From contig NW_026515685.1 in NCBI RefSeq assembly GCF_025526975.1, positions 62,001 through 126,000 on the forward strand: a stretch of DNA of 64,000 nucleotides. The letters are read 5' to 3'. This document shows, in pieces, positions 48,259-61,782 of the stretch. Positions within the stretch are counted from its first letter, which is position 1, and each line of letters opens with the position of its first letter. The position numbers were made by a program, and so were the translations under genes. This stretch comes from Fimicolochytrium jonesii. Lineage: Eukaryota. A model generated the notes under the pieces. It did no database searches. It was not told where the DNA came from and saw only the letters and a program-made list of their open reading frames with translations.

Positions 48259-48989
48259 GACTGTCGGTGGGCGCCCTAATAATAGCCTTTCTGTCCGAAG
48301 AAAAAAAAAAGGGTGTGTGGGGGGGGGGGTGGGGTGGGGGTGTGTCTTGTGCGAGAAAAGAGCGAATGCTGCCGAGGGGACTTGTGACCCCCGCGGATGA
48401 TGGATGATGGATGATATCGGCGCGTTCGCTTCTTATTACTACTAGCTGTACATGTACTGTACTCTAGATCTACGGTCTCTGGTGGTCTTACGGACGATCG
48501 CTACGTGGTGACTCGCGTGATTCTTGCAATCAATCCATCCATCGGAGGATCATTTCCATCCAGCTGGCGCACAAGATAGGACAAGACGCGTGTTCTCATG
48601 TGGCCACTCGCAGCTTTACAAAGTGTTGACAGTTACAAAGGACGTGACAGGGTTGAAAGCCGTTCTCGACGCCGTCGCGTAAGCCCAACACAAAACGGTA
48701 TACTCTCCCGAGAAACAGTCCCATCCATACAAAGCCTGCAGACGCATCCAGAATCCCGCCTTACCGTCCCATCCCATCTTGAAATGTTGGCGGGGTAGGC
48801 TATTGGTGGTGTCTCCAGAGGAGCATAAATGCATCGAATCATCACGGGGTTCGCATAGCGGGCAGTGGGAAGTGCTTTCCCAGTGCCAGACTTCCGACAA
48901 TGTGATTTCTGAACGGTGCATTCTGCCTCAAACGGCGGCTCGGCTCGTAGGCATATTCATAGCAAACACTTGCGTCCGGTTGCGTGATG

Positions 48990-50062
48990 GCCCCTTGTGC
49001 CGATGCATTTTGCATGTAAGATCTTGGTTTACCCAGAGAGGGGCGGAAAACGCGTCCTTCACGCGTCTCGTAAGCATACCATCAAAGCTTCAGACCATGC
49101 TCTCCAGACTCAAACCAGACGATAGTTTCGCTTTGGGAGATGGGCCGATTTCGCTCGTCCTTCTCTGCCAGATCAAGAAAGTCAGGAAAGGAACTTCAAG
49201 CCCCGCCTCACGCTTCCTTGCGCCGTCCGGGAAGTCGAGTGTCTATTCCTTCCTATGCATACTCTTCCACTTTACCACAACGCACACTCCCCATTCGACC
49301 CACATTCAACCACATTCTTCTACCCAAACTATGCAGTCTCGTGGGGAGTTCGTTCAACATCCTTGGGGCGGGATTGTGGCCCGACAGCCCTGAGGATGTT
49401 TATTGGAAAGGTGAGAAGACGATGCATGTCGGGTTGACGCCGTCATCGTCGACGCCGGCGAACGAGGGGTGGCGCCGGCGGAAGCGAGGCAAAAGGGCAA
49501 ACGAACGTGCGGCCTTTGATCGTGAATTCCAGGCTCATCTCTTAAATTGTCTGCGGGCGTTTAACCTTTACTATCATGACGTTTGTTTCTTTCCAGGAAC
49601 GCTTGAAGCAAGAACAGGGAAAGGGAAAGGAGAAGCGGGAGGAGCGGGAGGAGCGACCAGCATGCACTGGGGGGCGCTTCATAGGTTGGGGGCAGGAGTG
49701 CAACACAAAGCCCTCCTCTTCGTACGCCTCATCCGCGCCTGCCGCCACGCCCACCCTCCACCTCACAATCGCCTCCTCCCCGAAAACGACGGAAGTTGGA
49801 TCCGCCATCCTCACGATCACCACCGCGAGCCCCCCCTCTTCCTCTTCCGGCCCGCCGCCGGGATAGGGAGAGGGATCGGGATCGGGATAGGGAGAGGTAT
49901 AGGGGTAGGCAGGGGTGGAGGGACAGTTGGTGCGGCGTGGCGAAGGAGGTCAACAACAAACGCCCTCAGCTCTACCACGGCCTCCTCTACCACGGCCTCC
50001 TCTACCGCGGGCTCCTCCACCACCACCACCGCCTCCTCCTCCCGCTGCAGTCTCGGGTCCAA
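48990..50062 (-). pseudogene. Decayed coding-like relic
   Basis: ATG 50062 frame (MDPRLQREEE..) breaks at a C-run near 49830 and continues in another frame; downstream protein-like fragments carry several stops. Confidence 0.3.
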
Positions 50063-50262
50063 CCATCTAGATAGACGAGGAGGCAGGGTACGGACTAACC
50101 AGAAGTTGAATCAGATGTGTTGAGCGCTAGCCGACCTCCGCTCTCTCTCCATCCAGCTCTCTCTCTCTCTCTCCATCTAATTCCTACGTGCATACGCCAT
50201 ATGCGTGCAACTCCTGCAAGGCTTTTGACGCGTTGATCCCTCTAAATGTACACCTACGCTAT

Positions 50263-52075
50263 TTACAGTTCGCCGTTGTCGTCTTCCAGCATGGCCAGAT
50301 ACGTCAGCAGGCCCGTGACGAAAAGAAGGATGAGGATGATGGGGATGATGTACAGGTTGCCTAGAACGCGGGGATGGAACAATTACGCTGAGTTAAAGGC
50401 TCGGTCCCTCGTGCAGAATGGGTTTCCTGCTACGAGAGGCTGAGAGTCCGGGGGCTTACCTGAAGCTGGCGGCACAAGGGCGACGTGGACCGTCCCGTCG
50501 GCGGATCCACTGACGAGTATCTGACCTGTTGGGTCGAAATCTAATGCGGTCAGGGGGAAATCGTGGACATTTGGTATCCGGTATATTGTCTAAAGCGGGA
50601 GAGATAGGTCGCAATCAGTACTGGTGTCAGTCAAAGGTATACGACAAAAGACCGCTCCCGTTACCTGTAAGCCTTTAGCTGAAATCACGTTCACGCTCAG
50701 ATCTGCTGCTCCAAATGCCAGCAACGCCCCCGTTTTGCTGTGGTTAGACCATTGCCGAGTCAGCAGGTGGAGAGCAAAGGGTAGCAGTTCCAAAGGCCAT
50801 ACCTTATCGTAAACGCAGTAACAGGTTTCGACCCGATCCCTTTTTGCCTATGCAGCTTCCACCCTTTCACTTGCCACTTGCAAATGAACGCCCGCTTCCG
50901 GTCTTTTGCGTTGATGACAAGGAACAGGTAGCCTTCTGATGTGCGCACGCCGAACCGCGACGCGCGGAACTCGGACTTTATCGTTTTCTTCATGACCGGT
51001 TTCTCGATGGACCAGAGGGTCTTTGCGTTTGAGACATCTGTTACGTAGCAGATGGTGGCTGTGACGGACACCAGCTGTTGTTATGTTTTGAGATGAGGAT
51101 TCTCAGTTTCCAGGGCCGTAGAGGGGCAATTCCGAAAGCGCTGGCCTTACCTGCTTGCCATCAGGACTGAAATCCGCATCTACAATCTCTCCTTTATGGT
51201 CGATTGGCGGAATTGCCGGCTTGAAGTCTGGCCATGTCCATATGCTTAACTGTGTGTCGACGTCAGTGTCATTCGGCAATTCCATGTGCAAATGCACGAC
51301 ATGTCACCCGTGGTACCTTTCCATCTGTGTTCCCCGTCACCAAGATTTTGCCATCCTCAGTGAATCGAGAGATTTTCTATCAACAGGTGGGACGGTAAGT
51401 TAGTGCATAGCTGGTCGCTTCGAGAGAACTACTGTACCACTGTACCTGATGGAAGAACGGATCCGTGCTGTCCAAGGTCTTATGGGCTCCTTTGGCGGTG
51501 AATCTGAAAGCGGCGGCGACCGTCACAATCAGCCAAGGACTTCCACCCTGGAAGGTTCAACCCTTGCAACGTACACCTCATTTCTCAGGAAGAACACGCG
51601 ACAGTTCTCATTCTGACCCGCCTTCATTTGCTCCTCCGGGCTGTTGACTCCGGCTACAAAAGCCTTCTCCTGTAACCCAGCGTCAGTGATGCACTCAAAG
51701 CGCCAATCCCAACCGTTATCCAGTACCTTTGGGTGAACAGCAATACTCATACATCCATCGTCCTTCTTCCCAAACAGCTGTTCCGTCACAGGCTTGACGT
51801 CGAGAGTGTTGGGGTCGACATCATACAGAATCTGCGAGTGAACGCCAAGAAGGCACGTAAATCGATCTGTCGGATTGTTTTCCCGCTCCTCCTGTTTTCC
51901 CGCTCCTCCGTGCAGCCCCACAAAGCAAGGGACGGCATGCCCTGACCATCGCGTTCTTTACTCCCGCCTTCGTCGGTCCACCGCCGCCACCGATCGTGAC
52001 GCGATGCCTCGACGGCGTCCACGTTACCGCAAAGACCGGAAACCCCAGCGTAGTTTTCTTTCGTGGTGGCGCCAT
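50263..52075 (-). CDS. SEC12: Sec12/PREB WD40 guanine-nucleotide exchange factor for Sar1
   Basis: LGFPVFA, K-loop IGGGGGPTKAGVKN, WD repeats (DADFSPDGK; HDFPLTALDF..GSADGT), C-terminal TM; many short introns. Confidence 0.9.
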
Positions 52076-52451
52076 CCCTAGTTCGTTCTAGCTCGTTGCT
52101 GTTGGGGTCGCGAGCGGCGTTCAGGTTCAGCAATGTAAACCACTCGTTGCGCGTAGGCGGCTGGGCGAGAGCGTCTGAAGTGAAGGCGGCGAGGTATGTT
52201 CTGCCATGGCCGAAGGATAACGTTTGCAGGTCAGGAAGCCGGACGAGAGCGGGAGATCCAATTCCGGTAAATACCTGTAGTTATAACACTTTATCACACA
52301 AGGACGATGGCTGCGAAGGAGCGTTGAACATGGCGCTATTTCTGAGGGACCGATTGGGCGGATTCAACGCGTGAACCGACGAAGGAGCCGGAACCTCCAA
52401 CTTCTGCTGTCCACAAGTGACTCTCACCCCCGGGCCTCTACGAGAACAGCA

Positions 52452-53551
52452 ATGACTGCCAAACCGTGGACGGACGCAGAGCTGGAGTCAGACGCCGTCT
52501 CCAAGAAAGGTAAGCATCGTCCTCTCCGTGGTCTCACTCACAGAAAAGAAAAGGAAAAGCTCACCAACTCGCACCATTCCAACAGACCTCGTCACTTTCC
52601 TCCAGGACTCGGCAACATATGAGGTAGCGCAGTCGAATACACAACCCCACCTCCCTCCACCGCCTCTGACTCTTCCTATGTTTCCTCTAGTTCCTAAAAG
52701 ATCGCAAACTCTACGGCAAACCAGCAGCCATCACCAAATCCTCCAAAAAGCCCGACCTTATCACCGCCTACACCGCGCTCTTTGCCCAGGACGCATTCAG
52801 GCCTGCCGGGCAATCGCTTGACGAAGCCGCTGCTGCTGCTGCGAGTAGTGCGAATGTGAAGGATGGGGCTGCTGCAGGGGGGGATGCACCTAAGCGTGTT
52901 GAGGACGTATGTCTTTCGAGATATCTGCTTCTGTGAGGTTTCGCAGCTGATATTCATGTGGAATTTTGAACAGGCAACACCACCGGAAGTCCCGAAATAC
53001 CAAAAAGTAGTATTGAAAAAGGGCGACGGGGAACGCAAACCGAAAAAGGGGGATACCGTGATTGTGTTTTACACGGGCACGTTGCCGGATGGGAAGGTGT
53101 TTGATACCAACATTACGGGGAAAAAGAAGCCGGTTGGGTTGAGGTTCAAAGGTTCGTGTTTGTGCGTGTGTTGAGAAGACCTAATCGTTAATCGGCTCTT
53201 TTTTTACGCTGCTTCCAGTGGGGACGGGCCGAGTCATCAAGGGATGGTACGTACAAACAACACCCTCACCATTTCACTGCAAACCTCCTGCGCAACCCGT
53301 AACCATCGCCATCCCTCCATTTGAACAGGGACGAAGGACTAATGACAATGTACAAAGGCGAAAAAGCACGCCTGATCATCGAGAGCGAGTGGGCTTACGG
53401 GAAGAAGGGCACGCCGGATGGGAAGTGCGTAAGCCTTCTACGTCGCTCCTTCTAGCATGATGGTTTTCCTCACGTTATTCTTGTCGTTTTGTGCAGGATC
53501 CCACCGAATACCGACCTTACGTTTGAGGTCGAGCTTGTTAGCATTGACTGA
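52452..53551 (+). CDS. FKBP3: FKBP25/FKBP3-like peptidyl-prolyl isomerase (BTHB + FKBP domains)
   Basis: WTDAELESDAVSKK|DLVTFLQD (BTHB-type), PKKGDTVIVFYTGTLPDGKVFD, VGTGRVIKGW|DEG, EWAYGKKG, IPPNTDLTFEVEL. Confidence 0.9.
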
Positions 53552-54456
53552 GAGTTGGGTGACGGCGTAGGTTATGTGACATGTTAGGGTATAGGTAGGC
53601 GTAGAGACGGAGAGGTATGCAGTGTAGCGTTTAATTTCGCCCTCGGAAAGCGCGCTTTGAGATTTCCACGGGGAAAAGGTAAAGGGATGTGCGTAAAATA
53701 ACGATATCTGTATGGAGCAACGCTCTCCATCCGCCATTGGGTTTGACGAGAAGATCATGTTGGCCCAGTGTACTATATGTTCAATCAAGTCATCTGCCTT
53801 GTCTGCAAAGTCCTCGATCCGATGAAGGATTCCCCGAACTCTGTGATGCCAAACCTCTCAATCTCTGGCCCCATACACCAAAATCCCGCGATCCGCCTCC
53901 TCCACAGAAACGCACTCGAGAGCATCAAGAAAAAGAAACACCAAAATCAACGCACTGTGCGTGGTGAAGATGGGGTATGCGAATTTGGAAGAAGACGCCT
54001 CAACTTGAGAGCAGTCGCATCTTTAATACACGTCGGGCTCGTATTATTGTCCCCACCTCTGGAAGTCTTCCATCGCCGATCCGAGTGCACGTTTTCTTCC
54101 TTCTCAAGATGGATGACAATTCCAGGGGCGGGAATTGTGGATGCGGCCAGGCGGCCAGGGTCATGTTGCCTTCCACAAATGGTTGAGAGGGGAGAGCAGT
54201 GGAGCACCAACGTGTGGCCGACGGTCGCGTAATTTGAAATTGATGACGGGCGATGCACTCCTCCGAAAGAACTTCAAAGAAGGGACGCGTTGGGTCTCAC
54301 AGGCGACGAGGATAAAAGAGCTCCAGCAGGTCCATCCCCTTCCCGCTCACCACTTGCATCTCCAGTCACAGCACAGCACAGCACAGCACAGCACAGCACA
54401 GCAGCACCTGCACTCCAACCCCACTCAAAATCAACACCACCCTCTACTCCATCACG

Positions 54457-55247
54457 ATGCCCCTCATCCTGCACGGTCCCGCCTACAGCACCTGCGCGCA
54501 ACGCGTCAGCATCGTCCTGCGCGAAAAGAACGTACCCTTCGAACTGCGCCCCGTGGACCTGTTCAAGGGCGAGCACAAGACGCCCGAGCATCTGAAGCGC
54601 CAGCCGTTCGGGCAGGTGCCGTATTTGGAGGACGATGGGTTCTTTTTGTATGGTACGTTTGGGGCGGGCGTTGACGAGAACCGGAGAGGGGGGGGGGGGG
54701 GGGGCAAATCTCTCACACCCTCTCGATGCGTAAAAACGAGAACACACACACACACACACACACCCGCTCATCTACTACGCAATCTTTTCCTTTCCCAGAA
54801 TCCCGCGCAATCGCCCTTTACATCGCCAAAAAATACGCTTCGCAAGGACCCGACCTCTACCCTACCTCTCTCCAAAAGTCCGCGCTGGTCGACCAGTGGA
54901 TCTCCCTCGAAACCGCACACTTCACTCAACACGCCTCCGTCATCGTCTACGAGCTCATCTTCAAAGCCCTCTTCCAGCCCGGGGCCTCCCCTGACCAGGC
55001 CAAAGTCGCAGAGCATAAGAAGAAACTCGAGAGCGTGTTGGATGTGTATGAGAAGGAGCTGAGTGGGAGAGATTATTTGGCGGGTGGAGAGCTCAGTGTG
55101 GCGGACTTGTTTCATTTGCCGTATGGCGTGAAGTTGTTTGATGCCGGCCTTGGAGGCTTGATTGAGGGACGGCCGAATGTGAAGAAGTGGTGGGAGAGGT
55201 TGACTGCTAGGCAGAGCTGGAAGGATACCCTGGCGGCGGCCAAGTAG
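54457..55247 (+). CDS. Glutathione S-transferase (phi-like)
   Basis: STCAQRV, EHKTPEHLKRQPFGQVP, LY|ESRAI, YLAGGELSVADLFHLP; one intron ~54652..54799. Confidence 0.93.
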
Positions 55248-55551
55248 AAGAGGTGTCTTGATCGACGCAGGCGCTTCGAGTAGGCTAGTCTATTGCGGTC
55301 ACCCCGTGATCCGGCGAGAGAAGTGTCACTCGGCGCCGTCTCCTCTTATCGAATGAAATGACTTCCTCAGCTTCGCGACGTAGTGAGTTTTCGAAGTAAA
55401 ACTTGAATAAGTTAAAACAAACAAACGGCCTCGCTCCACAACCAGTCTAGTTGTAATGGAAATTCCTTATCTACATATACACACCTACCGGTACGCAAAA
55501 CCTACCTAGGGACATGTTGGATGAAGCCAAACTGTACACCGCGAGTTCCCT

Positions 55552-56831
55552 CTACACCGCAGGTTCAGTTACAACCCCTCCTTCCCCATTCCCTGCCTCC
55601 CCATTCCCTGCCTCCTTCTCCTCCTCGGTCACCCCCCCCCCCCCCCCCCCCCCCCCCCCCTTCCCTCCCTTGCCTTTCTTATTCTGACTATCAACCCATG
55701 TCCGCTCATGAAACCCACTAGCGGTCTCCATCTTCACGCACTCCCTCAGCGCCATCGTCGCATACTGACTCACCCCCAACGTAAACTCCACCACAACCGC
55801 AACCCTGGCCCCACCCTCCACCGTCTCCACCTCCTTCCTCCCCTGCAGCCTGTCCAAATCCGTTATGGCGAGATCACACTCCGGGTCGGTGTACCTCAAC
55901 AACTTCCAGGCTACATCACGCGGTTTGCATATGATCTTGCGGTAGGAACCGGGGAGGGAGGCCGTGTTGTGTTTCCGGTGCATGGAGAAGGGGTCGACGT
56001 TGTGTTGGGCCATGAAGGTTGTGTAGGAGGAGCGGAGGGCGTGGGTGGGGTATTCTACGTCGTAGCCCGGTAAAGGGAGGACCACGTCGGCGAAGGTATA
56101 TTGGGCGGCTTGTTCGGAGGTCTGGATGGTGAGGATTTTTGTGATGATTTTTGGGAGGGCGTTTATGTGCGTTTGTTGTTTGAGATTGTTGGAGTGGCGG
56201 CGTCATTGTCGGATGGGTTTAGGTCATCCTCGTCTGGGATGTTGACGAGGTCGCCGATGACGGGGGTTGGGTGGTAGAGTTTTAGCCGCTTGGTGGCCAT
56301 GTTGTTCCAGACAAAGCTTTGGTAGGAGTGGAGGTACATTAAGCGCAGGTTGCGCGGAATCTAAAATCAGACAGTATTGTGGGTCAGAGAAACCGTTCCG
56401 CCTACCCACACAGATGTTGTGGATTCATTGAATTCCTTACCGCCTCCAAAGCTCCAAGGTAGTTTTGACATTCTTCGTACTCTTTAAGTATTGCAATATA
56501 GACCGCTCAGCGAGTAAATGCTTTGGCAACTTCTTCAACGCCTCGGCCGCGTTGGCTTCCTCTTGCCACAGGCGGCGGGCTTCCAGTACATCTGGGCGGT
56601 CTACAAAAGCCCCTCAAACCCAGGAATGTCCGGCGCCATGTAGGCCGTTATGCCCATATCGGCTTCCAGAAAAAACGCCTTATCCGTCGCATAGCCCTCG
56701 GTCTTCGTCTTCACGTCCGTACTAGGGCCGTTCTCCTCGTCTTTCACTTGTTTCGGCGACGTAGACAGCGACGCTTCTTCGGGAGAGAGCTCCAGATCCC
56801 TTTTCTGTGGTATGCTGCTGCTGCTGACCAT
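55552..56831 (-). pseudogene. PUS7: PUS7/TruD pseudouridine synthase copy with large internal deletion and frameshifts
   Basis: N-terminal EADMGITAY..PGFEGLL ends in TAG and abuts C-terminal PUS7 sequence ([57 protein letters not shown]); catalytic GTKD region absent; frame breaks near 56465 and 56165. Confidence 0.8.
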
Positions 56832-57199
56832 TCTGATGGGAGACTGCGTAGTGTGCTGGACAAAGTGGGGGGAATGTGGAGAAACACAGTAGAGGGGCAA
56901 GGCGACGGTTCTGCTTCGTGCAGATGATACTGCAGCACGAAAGAGGGAGAACATCCACTCGCTGTAGGATACACAAGGACTGCCGCCTGGGAGTATATAT
57001 ATGGAGTCTAAGTCTGTTATGTATGTTCGATGCCTTGCCCAGTTGCCCAATGCTCCCAATGTTGCGCTGAGGAAATAGAAGGGCGCGTTTCCCTTCTCGT
57101 TTCGCCGTTCGCCGTTGCTGAATGGTTCGTGAAGTGGGAAATTGGAGAAGCTCGCCTAGATAGTTGGAATTGAAACGGCAACACACACAGACAGCCAAC

Positions 57200-58285
57200 A
57201 TGCGGTCCCATACAACCCTGCTCCTACTCGTTCTGCTCGCCCTGCAGACCCTGGTGGTTCTTGCGGCCCGCTCGACAATATCGGTGAAGAAGATCGATGT
57301 AGACGCAAGAGGCCCCGACGGCCAGATCACCGCATCGGAAAGGTATGCGCCGTTTTTCTGTCGACGCTCCCAATGCACCTTTTCAAGAAAGACACACCCC
57401 ATACAGTCTCACGCAAAGCCAAGCACTATCAGGGAAGCTCGGCCAAGTGAAAACAGACGGCAAATTAACATTGAAGGTCCAGCTCCTGGGCAGCGATGAC
57501 GCGCCGGTTGCCGTCCAGCAAGTCGTTCTGGGTGTCCACAGCACCACCACGCATGAGGAGGCTTCGTTTGTTTGCTCGTCGAAGCGGAAGGGCGCTTATG
57601 TGTGCGAAGTGGTATGTGACGACGTAGAACATCCTGGAATGAGGATATCTGCCTTGCTGACAAGTAGAATATCCTTACGCCAATTAGGACCTGAAAGACA
57701 CTGCAACACGCACCCTCATCCACTCCGGCCGCAACACTTTAAAACTCTACGCCGCCTCGCGCGACGTCACCCCGCTCGCCGTCGACCTAGGCGTCGTCGA
57801 GTTACAGGTCACCCCCGCCGCCAAGGACGAGGAGTCGGCATGGGACATCTATCGCGCGCTGCCAGAGATCAAGCACCAGTTCCGGCCCGAGGAGAAGCAC
57901 GCGAACCCGTTCTTGTCGTCGGTGTTCAGTTTGGCCGTTTTGGCGCCTTGGGTTATCCTTTTGGGATTGGTACGGGGTCTCTTTCTCTGCTTGATGAAAA
58001 TAACCCCCAGTTTCTCATCATTTTTCTTTACGACAGTACATTTCCCTCTCCGCCAACATCTCCAACCTCTTCGCCAACTCCCTCACCTTCACCTTCGGCA
58101 CCCTCTTCCTCGCCTCCCTCGGCAGCGTCGTCGCGCTGTACTACGTCTACTGGCTGCGTCTGAATCTGTTCCAGCTGCTCGGGTACGGCAGCGTCCTTGG
58201 ACTCCTTACTGCGACGCTGGGTAGGCAGGCGTTGGTTGCGAGGGCGGGGCTGAAGACAGTTAGCAGAGTTAAGAAGGATCAGTAG
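57200..58285 (+). CDS. SWP1: Oligosaccharyltransferase delta subunit (Swp1/ribophorin II)
   Basis: Signal peptide; LPEIKHQFRPEEK; three C-terminal TMs (YYVYWLRLNLFQLL..GRQAL); KKDQ dilysine terminus. Confidence 0.9.
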
Positions 58286-59542
58286 TGATTTAGATTAAGG
58301 GGGGATTTGGGCCCGCGGCGTTTTGTGAGAGCAGGCGGCGTGCAGTGTTTCGCTTGCACTTTCGAGAATGGGGAGAGGAGTTTCCCCTCTTGGACGGGAC
58401 GTGACGATGTACAAATGAGACGACTTGTCCAACGCAAATGATGTGAACAGGGTATCCGCGAATAAGTTCTGCCAGGTTACATCATCTGCGCAGGAGCGTT
58501 AACCTCGCCGCCGACGCCCATCTTGCGCGATTCGTTCCCGAAAAGCGCACACAATGTAAGGCCGTTGGATGCCGATTGGCAATGTGTTGGGATCGTCTGC
58601 TGTTGGGGCCTGCTGTGAATAGAATACGCACAACGGACATGGGATGTAAGACGGGCCTATCCGTTCGGCATCCGTATCCTTGCATGATTGGAAACGCACA
58701 GCTTCGGGCGAAACCGAAGGTAACGCGTCGAATAAGCTTCCGCGTGCAATCCCCTGGGGTGAACCCGAGCCCAAGGGTTTATGTGATTCTGGCCGCCCCT
58801 TCTCCCCTTCGCCATCGCCCCGTCCATCTCCCTCTCCCGCCCCAGCTTCCCCCCGCATATAAAAAGAAGCCCACCTGCCAGACCATCCGTCCGAATTTGG
58901 CCAATCTCGCACAGGCCTCGAAATTGAAAAAGCTTGTACATATGGTAAACAAGGCCCAAACCATCTCAACAATACTGACCCCGTCGAAAATTCTCTTCCC
59001 ATTTCTGTTTACAATTTAGGTGACGGCAAAACGTCGAGCTTACCGGATGTGAAATCTGTGACGCGCGGAACTTCGTGGTGAATGCAAGTCAGGAACTGTA
59101 CAGTACGATGCCATACAGGAAAATGGGATGGAGGTAACATAGGTAAGTGCCCAGGATCAGACTATGGGTTGGAGACAGGTATGTATGTATATCGCTTGCA
59201 GAGTGGAAGGCTGCCTGCACAGAAGCTCCAGAACCACATGGAAAGCGCGAAAGTCCCGTTCGGCGAGTCGAGAGAGTCGAGGACAATTCGAGGAGGACAT
59301 TCGAGGAGGACATTCAACCTCATTCAACCTATTCAACAACGGCAGTCTGGTGTTGTTGCAAGTCTTTGAGCAAAGTCTGGACGACCGCCACCACATATAC
59401 ATATGTACAGTATAAGCACGCAACGCACACACTTAACGGACGGGTGAAGTCACCCCACGCTGCCGCCTCCCAGGCCTCCCACGCAGCCTCCCACTCCTCC
59501 CACGGTTACCAGCGCACTTCGTGTTCTAAGCAACAGGAAAGC

Positions 59543-61782
59543 ATGCAAACGTCTCAACCCTGGTCTCAACCGTCGCTGGTCACTCTGCCGCCAGAGCTTC
59601 AACTCAGCATTACCGGTTTCCTTCCCCTCTCCGCACTCGCACGTTTCCGCTCGACATGCAAGGCGCTGCACAACATAGTCTCCCCTGCTCGTTTCCGCCT
59701 ATATGGCAAGTGTGCTGGCCATCATCAAAACTCGCCCTTCCTACGATTCCCATCTATGCGGCCTTCACGACTATTGCAAATTCTTCGAAGGGAAAACCCC
59801 TGCCCCGCCTAGGGCGATTCTACTGCTTCTCACGCAAGCATACAAGCGCACTTCAAGCGGCCCTCCACAGCGTCCTTTCATGTCACCGACCCGTCTATCT
59901 CGGGGTCGTGCAGGACGTCGAAATACTGTCTGGATTTTGCAGGATAGACCTCGAGGTTCCAGAGATGGATAATGTCTCCTGCTCCTTATTTTGCGGTGCC
60001 ATGAAGGCCAGGTGGCTGGATACAGCTTGGATCATCGCCAAGAACGTAACGACTCCCAGGCCCCAGATCTTATGCTGGCCGCCGCAATGTCCATTGGGCA
60101 GTATGTGGAGCTGGTCAAGTGGCTTGTGGACAAACATGGAGGCACGTTTGATGAGCCCGTGTGTGTTTAGGGTGTGAACCAGTGGAACACCGAGGGTCAA
60201 CGGGGACAATTTTTGGAGCTGGCTGTGGATCCGTAGAGTGGTAGAGATCACTACAACGCTCCCTATGCAGCCCCAGGCGCATCAGAGCACTTTGGACCCA
60301 GCCGCCCCGTCGAGATCCTGAGGTTCCTGCTGGAAAGATGCGACAGAAGTCGATCTTGGTGTTGGAGGTCCCGGAAGTGTTCTGCTCAACGCTGTTGTTA
60401 TGGGGACTGCCGAGCACGTCCGCCTGCTTTGCGATGCTGGCGCGGATCCGAACGTCGGTCCGATCGATCTGTACGAGAAAGCTTCGCGGTATTCACGGAC
60501 TCCAGTCGGAAATGTTCGCTGCGCTGGTGGAGAAGGGCCGACCGCATCGGCGGGTGATCAATACGTGCAAACTATTGGACATACTCAGGCGACCTAAGCT
60601 TCAAAGAGATCCACTAGCTATTGTTGAAGAGTGAGGTCATGGCTTGCAGCCGGCGATCTGGATCCGAATGCCCTTACCTTGCAGTTCCCAGAAGACGGGA
60701 TCCGTCAACCGTTCTTACGGTACAAGACATTTTTGATCCACCTGATTGCACGCAGCAGCTTTGCAGGCGCACCTCAGCTTATCAAACTGTTTGCTGAAGC
60801 CGGGATCTATATCATTCGGGAACCCGCCACGAACGCCTCATCGTACCGGCTTCCCGAAAGGACGTTGGGTCGTCTGGAGGCCGGTTTCGCCCGTTTCGCC
60901 GGCGTGAATGACCTGGATTCCCTTTTATTTCAAGCCATTTTCTCGGATCTCCCCGCGAACGTCGACGCAGTCATCACCGCTTTTTCGATCGATTTGACCA
61001 TCGAGTCCGACATCGGGGGGAGAGGAAAGCTTCCGCGGGCTAACCGGCAAAGGTACCTCAGCCTACGTGTCGACATTCCCCACATCGCGGCTGAATCGCG
61101 GGATGTTTTTGGCCGCTGCTCTAGGCAGAACGGCCGTGTGCTTAGCTAGGGGCGGACTTGAAATGGGAGGCTTCGGGCCGGCTCATCAGATTATTCAAAG
61201 AAGTTCACGACAGGGGTCTCACGTACGCGCCATCGCGCGAGCCCGAGGCGCTACAACTCCTTGAATCCTTCGATGCCGAACGCCAGTACGTCTCCTGGAT
61301 ACCGCTCGCCAAACGCCGCGTGGACAAGACCGGCGACGTTATCTCTCCGCCATCGGGCGCCACCCACTACTACACCCGCCAGGCGCTGGTGCACGGGTGG
61401 GCTACAAGTCTTCAACCTCTTCGAAACTCGCCTCCGGCCCTTCGACGCCGAATCCCAACTCCCGCTGTACGTAGCCATATCCGCCGGCTACCCTTCCGCC
61501 GTGCGGCTCGTCTGCGAGCGACCTGATCTGCTCACCGACGAAGATATCCTGACGATCGGGGACTTGTTCTTGGGCAATGGGGGTGTGGAGTTGCTGGCGC
61601 AGTATGAGGCGGTTAAGTATCGACTGGGCGCGTTTGCGGATCTGGGCTTGGAGGTGTGCGCGGATGTTATCGAGGGAGTGAGGTACGATGACACGGACAT
61701 GCGTCGGGGGCGTGAAATGCCGAAGGAGGTGCCGGGGGAGCGGAGGCCTTTTGATTATCATGGGGGGTGTCCGCAATGGTGA
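59543..61782 (+). pseudogene. Frameshifted F-box + ankyrin-repeat gene
   Basis: F-box LVTLPPELQLSITGFLPLSALARFRSTCKALH; ankyrin-like GTAEHVRLLCDAGADPN and PLYVAISAGYPSAVRLV lie in different frames without usable introns. Confidence 0.6.

Noticed and set aside
53689..54232. Cys-containing fragments (VICLVCK) as a zinc-finger gene
   Set aside because: No consistent frame or complete metal-binding motif.
55632..55660. Long G/C homopolymers (also ~1029, 3064, 42177, 54688)
   Set aside because: Simple-sequence runs of unreliable length; no evidence of function.
59279..59340. Short repeated units (GAGGACATTCGAG; also CAGTTAGTCGGGG at 63512-63547) as CRISPR-like arrays
   Set aside because: Contiguous tandem duplications with no unique spacers, in a eukaryotic context with no cas genes.
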